DNA of 63,871 bases, the filler included, from Octopus bimaculoides (lineage: Eukaryota): assembly GCF_001194135.2 (NCBI RefSeq). It is 7 parts of 5 records of this genome, joined end to end, with 100 filler letters (N's around TTAATTAATTAA, not from the genome) between each part and the next. Parts side by side here need not be neighbours in the genome. Positions count along the whole stretch, not along the records: positions 33,772 to 45,964 come from NW_026346130.1; positions 46,065 to 60,010 come from NC_069005.1; 5 more parts are not named here. One strand, 5' to 3'. This document shows positions 37,241-48,910 of this stretch, one piece after another; within the stretch, counting starts at the first letter, position 1, and the number at the start of each line of letters is the position of its first letter. A model generated the notes under the pieces. It had not been told where the DNA came from, searched no databases, and saw only the letters and a program-made list of their open reading frames with translations. The position numbers and the translations under genes are program-made.

Positions 37241-38633
37241 TGAGTGATACACACACACAAACATACACACACGACTCTTTCACTTTTTGCCTACCAATTT
37301 CACTCACAAGCTTCGGTGAGCCCAAAACTATAGCAGGAAACTACTACAACCCTGGGTCACACAGAGGAGCTGAACTCAGAACCATGAGGTGCGGAAGCAA
37401 GCTTTTTACAACACAACCACACAACCAGCCGATTAAAGTTGGTCCAGGATCCTGCAATTTGTTAGATTTTTACTAATAATCATTTTAATTCTTTGTAAAT
37501 TGTAAGGGTGTTTCTACAATTAACGAGGCCTTGTTATATTAGGGTGAACCTCAGGATGGGGCAGGGTCTGTCTACATTAACAATCTCTGTTAAATGAAAT
37601 AAGTTCAACAAGGAATCAAAAAAAAACAAAAAAAAACATAGGCAGTAAGTGGGAGCATAGCATAACTTGAAGTTAGGGGATGTATTGGTATGCAGGTAAA
37701 GGTGGTGCGAGTGCAGGTAGGGTGCACAGTTTATTGTTATTAACAACAGTAAACAGTTAGTATAACTTGTTGATGAATTTATGAACTTTCGAGAGAACGC
37801 AAAATAATTTTTGGGGGATAATGGATCTCGAAGCAAAATGGATTTTTGACCCCAATATCTACATACTATTTATAGCTTTATGTGCTTCAAGATCCATTAT
37901 TCCACCCTCTACCCTGCCACAAAAAAGAATGAGTTTAAGAATGAGTTTGTTCAAAAGGATTATGTGGTAGGGGTAAATGGAACATCCAACGTCTGTGCAT
38001 GTGTGTATATATGTGTGCGTGTGGATATGTGTGCATATGGATGTGTGTGCGTAGATTTGTGTGTGTGTGTGTGTGTGTGTGTGTGGATGTGGATGTGTGT
38101 GTGTGCTTGTGACGTGTGTGTGGATATGTACAGTGTGCATGTGAATATATATACATATATGTATGCGTGTGTATGGATGTGTATGTGTATGAATGTGTGT
38201 GTGTGTATGTGTGTGTATGTATGTATGTGTGTGTATGTGTGTGTGTGAACACTGTTTACTTAGTGAGTTGTGAAATTTATGTATTTGTTATCACATGTAT
38301 GCTGTAGCCCGTGATTTTTGTCATGGATAAGAAGCTGGTACAAAGATCCATCATGAAATTATGTGTATACATACACACACACACACACATTTAACAGACA
38401 GAAATATTAATTTTGCCATTTTTTATTATATCATCTTAATTTCTTAACTTATTAAGTGCTTATGCTAATTGGTGCAAATCATACCACACACACACACACA
38501 TATAGACACATATATGTTTAACAAATACATTTAATAGATTGCTTTTCATACGCACACATATATATATATATAAACAGACACATTTAAGAGACTGATGCAC
38601 ACACATATATAGACATATTTAACAGACACACAC

Positions 38634-39002
38634 ATCATCATCATCATCGTTTAACGTCCGCTTTCCATGCTAGCATGGGTTGGACGATTTGACTGAGGAC
38701 TGGTGAAACCGGATGGCAACACCAGGCTCCAGTCTGATTTGGCAGAGTTTCTACAGCTGGATGCCCTTCCTAACGCCAACCACTCAGAGAGTGTAGTGGG
38801 TGCTTTTACGTGTCACCGGCATGAAGGCCAGTCAGGCGGCACTGGCAACATATCATCATCATCATCATCGTTTAACGTCCGCTTTCCATGCTAGCATGGG
38901 TTGGACGATTTGACTGAGGACTGGTGAAACCGGATGGCAACACCAGGCTCCAGTCTGATTTGGCAGAGTTTCTACAGCTGGATGCCCTTCCTAACGCCAA
39001 CC
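38634..39002 (-). mobile_element. Two tandem copies of the RTE-tail short repeat (family B); other copies at about 36600-36905, 39495-39710, 43745-43907 (+)
   Basis: GGCGTTAGGAAGGGCATCCAGCTGTAGAAA...GGACGTTAAACGATGATGATG, the same sequence as the RTE 3' UTR end. Confidence 0.85.
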
Positions 39003-39070
39003 ATACATATACACATACATATATATATAGAGAGACCAACAAGACACACACCCATTTATATTGGACTCAC

Positions 39071-39223
39071 CTTTGCCCCCTCTTCCAGTTTAGTGGCTTC
39101 ATATGATGTAATTTTGTTCTCTGCTTGGGTCAACTTGTGGGTCAGTTCATCTATCTGGTCAAGGTACATGGTCTGTGTGTCCTCAGAAACTTTAAGCTGA
39201 CTCTCATAGTCCTCCACCTTCCC
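39071..39223 (-). CDS. CLIP1: CLIP1-like exon (153 nt, phase 0-0): GKVEDYESQLKVSEDTQTMYLDQIDELTHKLTQAENKITSYEATKLEEGAK
   Basis: Acceptor tttctcgttttgtccag and donor gtgagt. Coiled-coil composition and frame-compatible. Confidence 0.85.
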
Positions 39224-39269
39224 CTGGACAAAACGAGAAATAAAGACATGGTTATTAGGGTCAACTGGA

Positions 39270-39300
<31 letters not shown>

Positions 39301-39864
39301 TGCTGGACTTTACATGCAGCTGGACAAGAGATTATAGTGTTGCCCTGTAGAACTAGACAATAAAGGGACCACACTGAATTCTTGTCTATCGGTCAAACAG
39401 CTGGACAAGAGAGAGGAAATCAACTAGCACAAAGCCACTACCACCACTCTCACTACTACTCACTTCTCCTCCTTCTAGCCGAAGGGGTTTTTCTCTTGCA
39501 AAATATTTGGTGACCCTGAGTGCCGGTGCCATATGTAAAAGCACACACTACACTCTGCAAAGTGGTTGGCATTGGGAAGGGCATCCAGCTGTAAAGACCA
39601 TGCCAAAACAGACCACAGAACCTGGTGTAGCTCCTCGCCTAGCCAGTTCCTGTCAAGCCGTCCAACCCATGTCAGCATGGAAAACGGATGTTAAAGGATG
39701 ATGGTGATGAGTGTCTGTCCCTCATTAATGTACATCTGGACAATACAGAAGACATTGCCTCCCTCTCATACACAGCTGGACATTAGAGGAAGCAGCGACA
39801 ATCCCTCTATTGTCCGATTTTGATCTATATCATCTCATATCCAACCATCTTGAAAAGACTTGAA

Positions 39865-40650
39865 GCATAAGATAATGTAGTCCTAGATACACTGTGTCTG
39901 AATAAAAGACAGGATGGTCAGAGCTGGAACATCTTTGATCATAGGTCTGCTGGATCAGGACTGACCTAGGGCTAAACAACAACTACAAGGAAGGACACAT
40001 TAGATAATGTAGTCCTAGATAGACTATGCCTGAATAAAAGACAGGATGGTCACAGTTGGAANNNNNNNNNNNNNNNNNNNNNNNNNNNNNNNNNNNNNNN
40101 NNNNNNNNNNNNNNNNNNNNNNNNNNNNNNNNNNNNNNNNNNNNNNNNNNNNNNNNNNNNNNNNNNNNNNNNNNNNNNNNNNNNNNNNNNNNNNNNNNNN
40201 NNNNNNNNNNNNNNNNNNNNNNNNNNNNNNNNNNNNNNNNNNNNNNNNNNNNNNNNNNNNNNNNNNNNNNNNNNNNNNNNNNNNNNNNNNNNNNNNNNNN
40301 NNNNNNNNNNNNNNNNNNNNNNNNNNNNNNNNNNNNNNNNNNNNNNNNNNNNNNNNNNNNNNNNNNNNNNNNNNNNNNNNNNNNNNNNNNNNNNNNNNNN
40401 NNNNNNNNNNNNNNNNNNNNNNNNNNNNNNNNNNNNNNNNNNNNNNNNNNNNNNNNNNNNNNNNNNNNNNNNNNNNNNNNNNNNNNNNNNNNNNNNNNNN
40501 NNNNNNNNNNNNNNNNNNNNNNNNNNNNNNNNNNNNNNNNNNAAGATAATGTAGTCCTAGATACACTGTGTCTGAATAAAAGACAGGATGGTCAGAGCTG
40601 GAACATCTTTGATCATAGGTCTGTCTGGATCAGGATTGACATGGGGCTAA
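39865..40650. repeat. ~130-bp tandem units (agataatgtagtcctagatac...ggctaaacaa) on both sides of gap 40062-40542; related partial at about 42750-42825
   Basis: Three visible unit starts at about 39869, 40002 and 40545. Confidence 0.8.
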
Positions 40651-40735
40651 ACAAGACGCCGCCGCCAACCATTACCACCACCACCACCACAACAACAACA
40701 ACAACAACATGACAACACCAGTGCCACCAACTTAC

Positions 40736-40840
40736 TCTGGCTTCAGTCAATTCTTTCTCTATAGTTTGGGATTTTTCTAGCATTTGCTTATTTTTGGCTT
40801 CCATTTCCTGCAGCTTGGCCTCTTCTTCTTCAGTTTTGGT
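40736..40840 (-). CDS. CLIP1: CLIP1-like exon (105 nt, phase 0-0): TKTEEEEAKLQEMEAKNKQMLEKSQTIEKELTEAR
   Basis: Acceptor gatattttcag and donor gtaagt. Heptad coiled-coil, in frame with its neighbours. Confidence 0.88.
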
Positions 40841-41474
40841 CTGAAAATATCACGGAATAAAAAAACAACATTCGGTGACTGAGTTTATAAATAATTGAAA
40901 AGCGGGTGTCATACCCAGACTGATAGGTTTGATGTATTTCATTTAATTAATATTATTTTATGTGTCTAATTTGCTTAGCTGCATAACTGCCTCTATACCC
41001 CCTCAGCTTGATCTCTTTTGTAGGAATATTCACTCGTAAATATCATCACACACAACACAGACAAAAATTTCTCCTTAAGAAAATACATATTCAAATTCGT
41101 AAACCATAATATCATGAATAGCGAAAGTGAAACCGGTCGATATATTGAAAATTATATTAAAACTATGTATGTAAAGTGTGTGTATTTTCACGCTAGCTAC
41201 TTGATAAATTCTTGTAAAAGAATTCGTCCTATTATTGAAATTTATATATATATATATATATATATACATACATACACACAACCACACATATACAGAAAGA
41301 AAAAGAGAGAGAATGGAGAGGGAGAGAGATTGAGACAGACAGACCGAATGACAGATATAGCTAAAAAAGAAAAAAGAGACAGTGTGAGAGAGAGAGAACA
41401 ACAGAGAGAAAGAAAGACACACAGACAGACCAACAAATCCCAACCCTCCTGTTTCCCACCCCTCCTCTACTCAC

Positions 41475-41535
41475 CTCCAGGTCGTCCTTCCCCACGACTT
41501 CCTCCTCAATTTGAAACTGAAGGTCTTCTGTTTTC
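41475..41535 (-). CDS. CLIP1: CLIP1-like exon (61 nt, phase 2-0): (R)KTEDLQFQIEEEVVGKDDLE
   Basis: Acceptor tttgttgttgcag and donor gtgagt. It resolves the phase-2 end of the 42874 exon and matches CLIP1 [20 protein letters not shown]. Missed by the ORF track. Confidence 0.92.
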
Positions 41536-41929
41536 CTGCAACAACAAATTACAAACAGAATTATCGGCGTGGCAAGGCATTATTGCCTTCACATCCCCCC
41601 ACTTTTATTTCAAACATTAGCAGACAACAGCCTCTATTGTTGCTGATGTTTAGTAGACCTATGACGTGACTGAGTCCAGCCATAACCATCCCATCTGGGA
41701 CCACAGTGTTTGATGTGTCCCTCTTGTTTCAAGACAGTTGGAGTGTCATTCAAAGGAGACTTAGCTGCTGTTTTTAGCAGGTTAAGTGCTCCTGTAGTGG
41801 GTTTCTCAATGGGGAGAGAGAGAAACACAAAGTTTTATATAGATGTGTTGGCACATTGAGGCACATTTGGGTTGATACAGTTGGTAAGGGAGTGCCGCTG
41901 TGATGCATGCCACTCCAAGAGTGCCACAA

Positions 41930-42600
41930 TGAAAGGTGTTACCACCAGAGTGCTACCCTGGTGTGCCACCACTAGAGTGCCAACAGCGATGTGTGCCACT
42001 GTGGTGTGTTCCACCACCAGAGCGTTACTATAGTGTATGCCACCACAGAGCGCCAACTGTGGTGTGTGCCACTACTAGAGTTCCACTGCAGTGTGTGCCA
42101 CCACTAGAGCGTTACTATGGTGCATGCCACCACAGAGCGCCAACTGTGGTGTGTGCCACCACTAGAGCGTTACTATGGTGCATGCCACCACAGAGTGCCA
42201 ACTGTGGTGTGTGCCACTACTAGAGTGCCACTGCAGTNNNNNNNNNNNNNNNNNNNNNNNNNNNNNNNNNNNNNNNNNNNNNNNNNNNNNNNNNNNNNNN
42301 NNNNNNNNNNNNNNNNNNNNNNNNNNNNNNNNNNNNNNNGCCACTACTAGAGTGCGACTGCAGTGTGTGCCACCACTAGAGCGTTACTATGGTGCATGTC
42401 ACCACAGAGTGCCAACTGTGGTGTGTGCCACTACTAGAGTGCGACTGCAGTGTGTGCCACCACTAGAGCGTTACTATGGTGCATGTCACCACAGAGTGCC
42501 AACTGTGGTGTGTGCCACTACTAGAGTGCCACTGCAGTTTGTGCCACCACTAGAGTACCACTGTGATGCATTCCACCAGTGGAGTGTCAATGTGGTGTGT
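41930..42600. repeat. Minisatellite of 29-bp monomers organised as an 87-bp (3x29) higher-order repeat; contains a gap
   Basis: cagtgtgtgccaccactagagcg recurs at 42361 and 42448, with three monomer variants cycling. Confidence 0.9.
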
Positions 42601-42873
42601 ATGCTACTCGTCAAGCACCCCTATAGTATGTCCAACCACTGGGGTGTTGAAGTGTGAGGGTCACAAGTGGAGTGCCACTTGCTAACGACACATTACATAA
42701 TGTACTCCAAGATAAACTACATCTAAAACAACAACAAAAACATTTATTGGGTGGTCACAGTTGGAACATCTCTGAACATAATTCTACCTGCTCAAGAGGT
42801 TGACCAGGCGCTAAACAATGACAACAAGGTACAGAGAAGATGACGGATCAAATCCAAAGTCAAAACACATTAC

Positions 42874-43019
42874 CTCCGTAGATCCTCCAGCTCGTTCTCC
42901 AAGTCATGGTTCTTACGCTCAAACTGTTGGGCAATGTTCTTCCACTTGACCAGGGCATCATCGGCCGAGTCCTTGAACCTGTCGTGCTCTGACCGCATCA
43001 CAGCCAAATCTCCCTCCGC
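42874..43019 (-). CDS. CLIP1: CLIP1-like exon (146 nt, phase 0-2): AEGDLAVMRSEHDRFKDSADDALVKWKNIAQQFERKNHDLENELEDLR(R)
   Basis: Acceptor cctcattccag and donor gtaatg. It continues the previous exon in frame and aligns with CLIP1 IEQELALARDGHDQ...LLNQLEEEKRK. Confidence 0.9.
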
Positions 43020-43209
43020 CTGGAATGAGGTCGCAGAAGAAAAAAAAACGCATGTAGAATGGAGAGAAGAAAACATGAGGATTTGTAAAACGGTTAAAAC
43101 ATTCTCTTCAACCAGTCAGTTAACTGACCCTGTTGGATGGCATAAGCCACAACCCTAACCTTCACCAACGCATATTCAGGCAAAGAAGTTTTCAGTGCGT
43201 TAATCCTTT

Positions 43210-43760
43210 AGCATTCAGATTACTGAAAAGGTGCCTGTGTGGTGCCATGTAGAAGTGCCTGTGTTACACCATGTAAAAGAATGTGGTGCCACATACAGAT
43301 TACTGAAAAAGTGTCTGTGAGGTGCCATGTAAAAAGCACCCGTATGGTGCCACATAAAAATGCCTGTGTGGTGCCATGTAAAAACAACCATGCAGTTCCA
43401 CGTAGAAGTGCTTGTGTGACACCACGTAAAAGCACGTATGTGGTGCCACATACAAGCATCTGTGCAGTGCCACATACAAGCACCCATGTGGTGCCACATA
43501 CAAGTATCCATGTGGTGCCACATCCAAGTGAGCCATGTGGTAGCATGTAAAAGCATCCATGCAATGCCATGTAAAGGTGCCTGTGACATGCCACATCATA
43601 GTGTCCATGTGGCGCTATGTCAAAGCACCCGTGCGGTGTCATGTAAAAGTGCCTGTGATGTGCCAAATAAAAGCACCCATGCAGTGCTACTTAAAAGCGC
43701 CTGTGCAGTGCCACATAAACGTGCCTATGTGGTGCCATGTAAAAGCACCCAACACATACT
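43210..43760. repeat. Degenerate ~21-23-bp tandem array (ggtgccatgtaaaagcacc-type)
   Basis: Roughly 25 imperfect copies running directly into a family B repeat. Confidence 0.85.
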
Positions 43761-44473
43761 GCGCAGTGGTTGACGTTAGGAAGGGCATCCAGCTGTAGAA
43801 ACCCTGCCAAATCAGACTGAAGTCTGGTGCAGCACCCCAGCTTACCAGCTGTGGTCAAACCGTCCAACCTGCGCCAGCATGGACAACAGACATTAAATGA
43901 TGATGATTGCTCTGATTAATACAGGACGCGATAGTTTATTTACAGAATGAGATTGTAGGGTGGATGTGAGAAGCTGGATCTTGCCAGTTTCAACATAAAA
44001 TGAGTATTGGCATGTGTGTGTGTAAAACTGGTTTAAATGCTAAAGGATTGATAAAGGGTGAAGGTCACTTAAAACCTGGACTATGAAGAAGTAGCTTCAA
44101 CTTACCCCGTGATGTTACATAGACCAGTTTTGTCATGAAGGCTCAAAACATCTCATAGTATAAGTACAAGACATAACAGGAGATTTGTGAACCTATTCCA
44201 CCCATCTCTAATATTGGTGTTGCTCAATGCAGGGTAGGTTTTGCTGTCCACTGTTGTCGTCCTCAACACCAGACCATATCATATGTTACGTCTTGGAGAC
44301 TTCTGGAACTTTAAACATCTATTCCAGACATCCTTATACCTCTCAATCCAACACGTCTATATCTGAAGTAATACTCTGAAGGGTCTTTGGGCCACAGCCC
44401 TTCCTACTGATCACTAGCCCCCGCCCCCATCGCCACTAAGGTAGACAAGATATACAAGGGGTCAGACACTCAC

Positions 44474-44572
44474 CTGGTCCACTTTTGCGGCGGCCCTTGC
44501 CACCTCAGATCGTTCCAATTCTCGTTCCCGTAACAATTGCTCAATATGCTCCTCTTTCTCTTTTAAGGCTTT
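44474..44572 (-). CDS. CLIP1: CLIP-170/CLIP1-like coiled-coil exon (99 nt, phase 0-0): KALKEKEEHIEQLLRERELERSEVARAAAKVDQ
   Basis: Acceptor tttgtctttgtag and donor gtgagt. The peptide closely matches the conserved CLIP-170 segment [26 protein letters not shown] (recalled from human CLIP1). Confidence 0.93.
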
Positions 44573-44816
44573 CTACAAAGACAAATATCAGAAGGGTTAG
44601 TGGTGAACATGGGGGAGGGACATTGCAGGGAGGGAGGACGGAAGAAATCACGACAAGGTACTTGGGTGAACCAGTTGAATAAGACAGGGCTCTTAACAAT
44701 GGGGTAACACCATGCACTGGACAACAACAGGGGAGAGGTAATGCTAGGATATCTCTTAAAGAGGGACAGTATTAGCATGATTGGAGAAGGGCTACATTGG
44801 GTTAACATCTGAAGAT

Positions 44817-45075
44817 GGGTAACAGCTGGGGAGGGGTAACGGCTGAGGAGGGGTAACGGCCGAGGAGGGGTAACGGCTGAGGAGGGTAACGGCTGAGGAG
44901 GGGTAACGGCTGGGGCGGGTTAACAGCTGAGGAGGGTTAACGACTGGGAAGGGTTAACGACTGGGAAGGGTTAACGACTGGGAAGGGTTAACAGCTCGGG
45001 AGGGTTAACTGCTGGGGAGGGTTAACAGCTGGGGAAGAGTAATAGATGGGGAAGGGTAACAACTGAGGAGGGGCA
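44817..45075. repeat. 17-bp G-rich minisatellite (ggctgaggaggggtaac / gactgggaagggttaac), about 15 copies
   Basis: Direct inspection. Confidence 0.9.
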
Positions 45076-45517
45076 AAATCTGGGGTAAAAACTGGAGAGA
45101 ACCAATATTAAGATAAGTAGAGGGGTTATATTGCTGAAAGAGCTAGGAATATTATCTATAATAATAATAATAATCCTTTCTACTGCAGGCACAAGGCCTC
45201 AGATTTGTGGGGGCAGAAACAAATCAATCACATCGACTCCAGTGTTTTACTGGTACTTAATTTATCGACCCCGAAAGGCTGAAAGGCAAAATCGACCCCA
45301 GCAGAATTGACTTGCCTTTCATCCTTTCGGGATAATAATAATAATGTTAATAATAAAAACAACAACAACAACAACAATAACAGGGACCCTAATGTTAATT
45401 AAGTCATTAGTAAATAAATTTGGCAACAATAATAAATCAACTGAAACACTTAAACGACCCCTTTCTGAAGCAAATTCAAAGTAACCGTATTTCACAAATA
45501 AAACTTAACCTAATGAA

Positions 45518-45815
45518 CCCATTATCGTCCCACTTTTTACATGAATCGCTACCCCATTATCGTCCCACTTTTTACATGAATCGCTACCCCATTATCATCC
45601 CACTTTTTACATGAATCGTTGCCCCATTATCACCCCACTTTTTACATGAACCGCTACCACATTATCACCCCACTTTTTACATGAACCGCTACCACATTAT
45701 CGTCCCACTTTTTACATGAATCGTTACCACATTATTGTCCCACTTTTTACATGAATCGTTACCACATTATTGTCCCACTTTTTACATGAATCACTGCCCC
45801 ATTATCACCCCACTT
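45518..45815. repeat. 35-bp minisatellite (cccattatcgtcccactttttacatgaatcgctac), about 8-9 copies
   Basis: attatcgtcc at 45521 and 45556. Followed by a hAT-like terminus tttgggaaccactg at about 45872-45885. Confidence 0.9.
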
Positions 45816-46099
45816 TCCTTCAACGACCCCTTGGAACTTTCCACCGCCCCCGGGGGAGCAAAACTGCCCGCTTTGGGAACCACTGCTAGATACAACAGCT
45901 AAATCTCCCTTATAATACGCTATGTTATTTTAGAAAAATATTATCAAGATTCGAGGGTGGCCATNNNNNNNNNNNNNNNNNNNNNNNNNNNNNNNNNNNN
46001 NNNNNNNNTTAATTAATTAANNNNNNNNNNNNNNNNNNNNNNNNNNNNNNNNNNNNNNNNNNNNCACACACACACACAACACACTTATATTCATATACA

Positions 46100-46135
<36 letters not shown>

Positions 46136-46499
46136 TATATAAATAATACAGAATGGGACAAGAACACAAAACATCCAGACAGTTAGGTGATACAAGAAAG
46201 GGACAAAACATCCAGATGGACGATACAGAGAAAACAAGGACGGGTCATTCTGAGTTTTCTTTCTTCAGTCGAGATCCAGATTATCTTTGCAATTTCGGCC
46301 GGTTATTCTCGATATTGCTCCAATCTGGCCAGCCCCAAGGAAAGACTAAGCTAAGAGCATTAGATTCCTTGGAAGAAAGCAGCGAATCTATACATACATA
46401 CATACATGCATATATATATATATATATATACATATACATACAAATGTACACTGTATTTACATGAATAATATATAGTCTATTGATACACATATATATATT

Positions 46500-47650
46500 C
46501 TTTTAGTCATTTCAGCCATGCAGCTGCGGTCATGCTGGAGCATCACCGTGGTCTTGCTGTTTTCCTCAGACGGGGAGGAGGGTACATCACCACCCCTGTA
46601 CGTGCCTTTGTCCCAGCTGTTGGCCCATTTGTGTATGAGGGAGTTTGTTTCCGCTGCCTTTGTCTGTACCTCATGTCGGTTCGTCGGTTCATCCGGTTTT
46701 GTCGACAAGAGGATGTCTAGTTCCTTTTTGAAGGCATCTATGTCCACATTAAGTAGGTTTCTTAATTTTTGTTGCAGAGCATTGAAGATCTGTGGACCTT
46801 TGAACCCTAGGCTATTGAGGTATCTGGTCCTGAATGTAGATAGAGTGAAAGGTACCTTTGGTACAATAAGTCCAGTTCTAGCATTTGTATGAGATTCGGT
46901 ACCGAAATTGGGTACTAGCCCTTCCAGAGTTTTCAAATAGATTATTACATATCTGTCGCGCCTTCGCTCCAGGGAGTAAAATCGCACTTTTTTCAGCCTC
47001 TCCCTGTAGCTCATCCACTGCACTGTTTCGATCTTTTTAGTGTAGTGGCGTTGAACTGTTTCAAGCTCTGCTGTTAGTTTGGTACTATGTGGAAACCATA
47101 GCTGAAAGCAGTAGTCCAAGCGGCTGAGAATAAAGGTCCTCCACAGGGTCAACTTCTTGGTCTCTTGTCTTGAAGGACCTTAGTATCCATCCTGCCAGTT
47201 GTCTGCACTTTGCTGCCATCTTGGTAATGTGCATATGAAATGATGCATCATTGCACATACTGATCCCCAAGCCTTTCACTGTCGGTGACTCTGCTATTGC
47301 AGCGTCTTCGGGTCCTGTATATGCATGCTGGGGTACCTTCTGGAGTTGATAGTGCAGTGCTTGAAATTTTCAAGCATTAAACTGCATATTGTTCACAACT
47401 CAAGCTCACTTGTATATTGAATTCAGGTCCACATCTCTATAATCTCAGCTGTGTTTGGTGGTACATTTACATCACTGCCACATTATATTTGCTGAGTTTG
47501 ATATTGTTAAACGAAATTTTAAGATCCATTAAAAATCTCTACGTAATAACCTCCGTAATGATGTCTTACACAGACATCAGACCACGGAATACTCTTCCTT
47601 TCTGGAAACCATTAGCAAAATGCTTCTAATGTTATTCTGTTTTTGTAAAA
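46500..47650 (-). mobile_element. CR1/L2-like LINE 3' portion, degenerate
   Basis: ORFs 46457-47152 (SRLDYCFQLW...ELETVQRHYTKKI...SLERRRDRY) and 47085-47279. Confidence 0.88.
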
Positions 47651-47700
47651 GTGGTTTAAATAAAAATTCATAAAGCAACGCTGGGTGACAGATCTAACAG

Positions 47701-47960
47701 CACCCTGTTAGGTCTGGCAACACCCTGCCTGGTCTGGCAACACCCTGCCTGGTCTGGCAACACCCTGCCTAGTCTGGCAACACCCTGCCTGGTCTGGCAA
47801 CACCCTGCCTGGTCTGGCAACGCCCTGCCTGGTCTGGCAACGCCCTGCCTGGTCTGGCAACACCCTGCCTGGTCTGGCAACACCCTGCCTGGTCTGGCAA
47901 CACCCTGTTAGGTCTGGCAACACCCTGCCTGGTCTGGCAACACCCTGATTCTGGTCTGGC
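47701..47960. repeat. 20-bp minisatellite (caccctgcctggtctggcaa), about 13 copies
   Basis: Near-perfect copies in exact 20-bp register. Confidence 0.95.
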
Positions 47961-48047
47961 AATATCTGATTCTTGGGTGTTTTCAGAGGAGTTCCACGCC
48001 ATCTATTCCTAACGTTCATACCAGGCACCGACTGAGTCCGTCCTCAC

Positions 48048-48074
48048 CCGCATTGAACAACTGTTCATGGCTAT
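48048..48074 (-). CDS. Candidate 27-nt micro-exon (phase 0-0 reading IAMNSCSMR)
   Basis: Long pyrimidine tract ttcttttctcttccttctctttctcccaaacag and donor gtgagg. Frame-compatible with the 44572 exon and contains two in-frame ATGs. Confidence 0.5.
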
Positions 48075-48580
48075 CTGTTTGGGAGAAAGAGAAGGAAGAG
48101 AAAGAACAGGAGCAACTATAGATGTTATGGGCAATCTCCCTTCCTTCTCTTTCGACTAATTTATACAATAAAAATACGAAGAAGAGAGAACAAGAACAAG
48201 AAATGTAACGTCTTTACTACTTTACAACTACATTATACCACAATTCCACCACACCACAGCATACCACATACAACCTCAAAACAACACCACACTACAATTA
48301 CATCCCATCATCACCATCACCATCAACAGCACGGCCAAATCTACTACCTAGCCACTACACCACCAACAATATGACCATCAAAAGTACATAACACCATATC
48401 TACATCACACCACAAAAAAAAACCTTTTAACACCACAACTAAACCACCACTACAGGCACCACCACCACCACCACCACCACCACCNNNNNNNNNNNNNNNN
48501 NNNNNNNNNNNNNNNNNNNNNNNNNNNNNNNNNNNNNNNNNNACCACCACCAAACTCCACCCCCTTCTATAACTACTTAC

Positions 48581-48696
48581 TCTGTATTTGTTCAGTTTCT
48601 CCTTGTACTCCCTGGTACGTCTTTCTGAACTTCGGAATCGCTGCTTGATCAGTTTTAATCTCACGTGATCTTTCTCTTGAATAACCAGCACGAAAC
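48581..48696 (-). CDS. Candidate 116-nt coding exon (phase 1-0): FVLVIQEKDHVRLKLIKQRFRSSERRTREYKEKLNKYR
   Basis: Acceptor ttcctttattgcag and donor gtaagt. Open helical, basic peptide ending in phase 0. Not recognisably canonical CLIP sequence, and separated from the core exons by a scaffold join at 46009. Confidence 0.55.
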
Positions 48697-48877
48697 CTGC
48701 AATAAAGGAAAACGACTAAGTAAATCTGTTAAATAAAGAAACAATATGATTGACAGCACAGGATACGTGTTAACCCCGCCCCCCTCTCTCTCTCGTATTG
48801 GGGTGAAAAATCGTTTTGGACCGAAAAAGTTCGAGAAATATTTTATGTTCGCACGCAAGTTTCTTATGATGCCAATT

Positions 48878-48910
<33 letters not shown>

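Noticed and set aside
46225-46310. GGCC-GAAA...CTGAAGA on the minus strand in a PLE-like repeat
   Set aside because: Stems I and II do not pair in any hammerhead topology I could build.
47668-48028. Repetitive ORFs and a CRISPR-like appearance of the 20-, 29- and 35-bp arrays
   Set aside because: Head-to-tail repeats without unique spacers, no cas genes, and a eukaryotic context.
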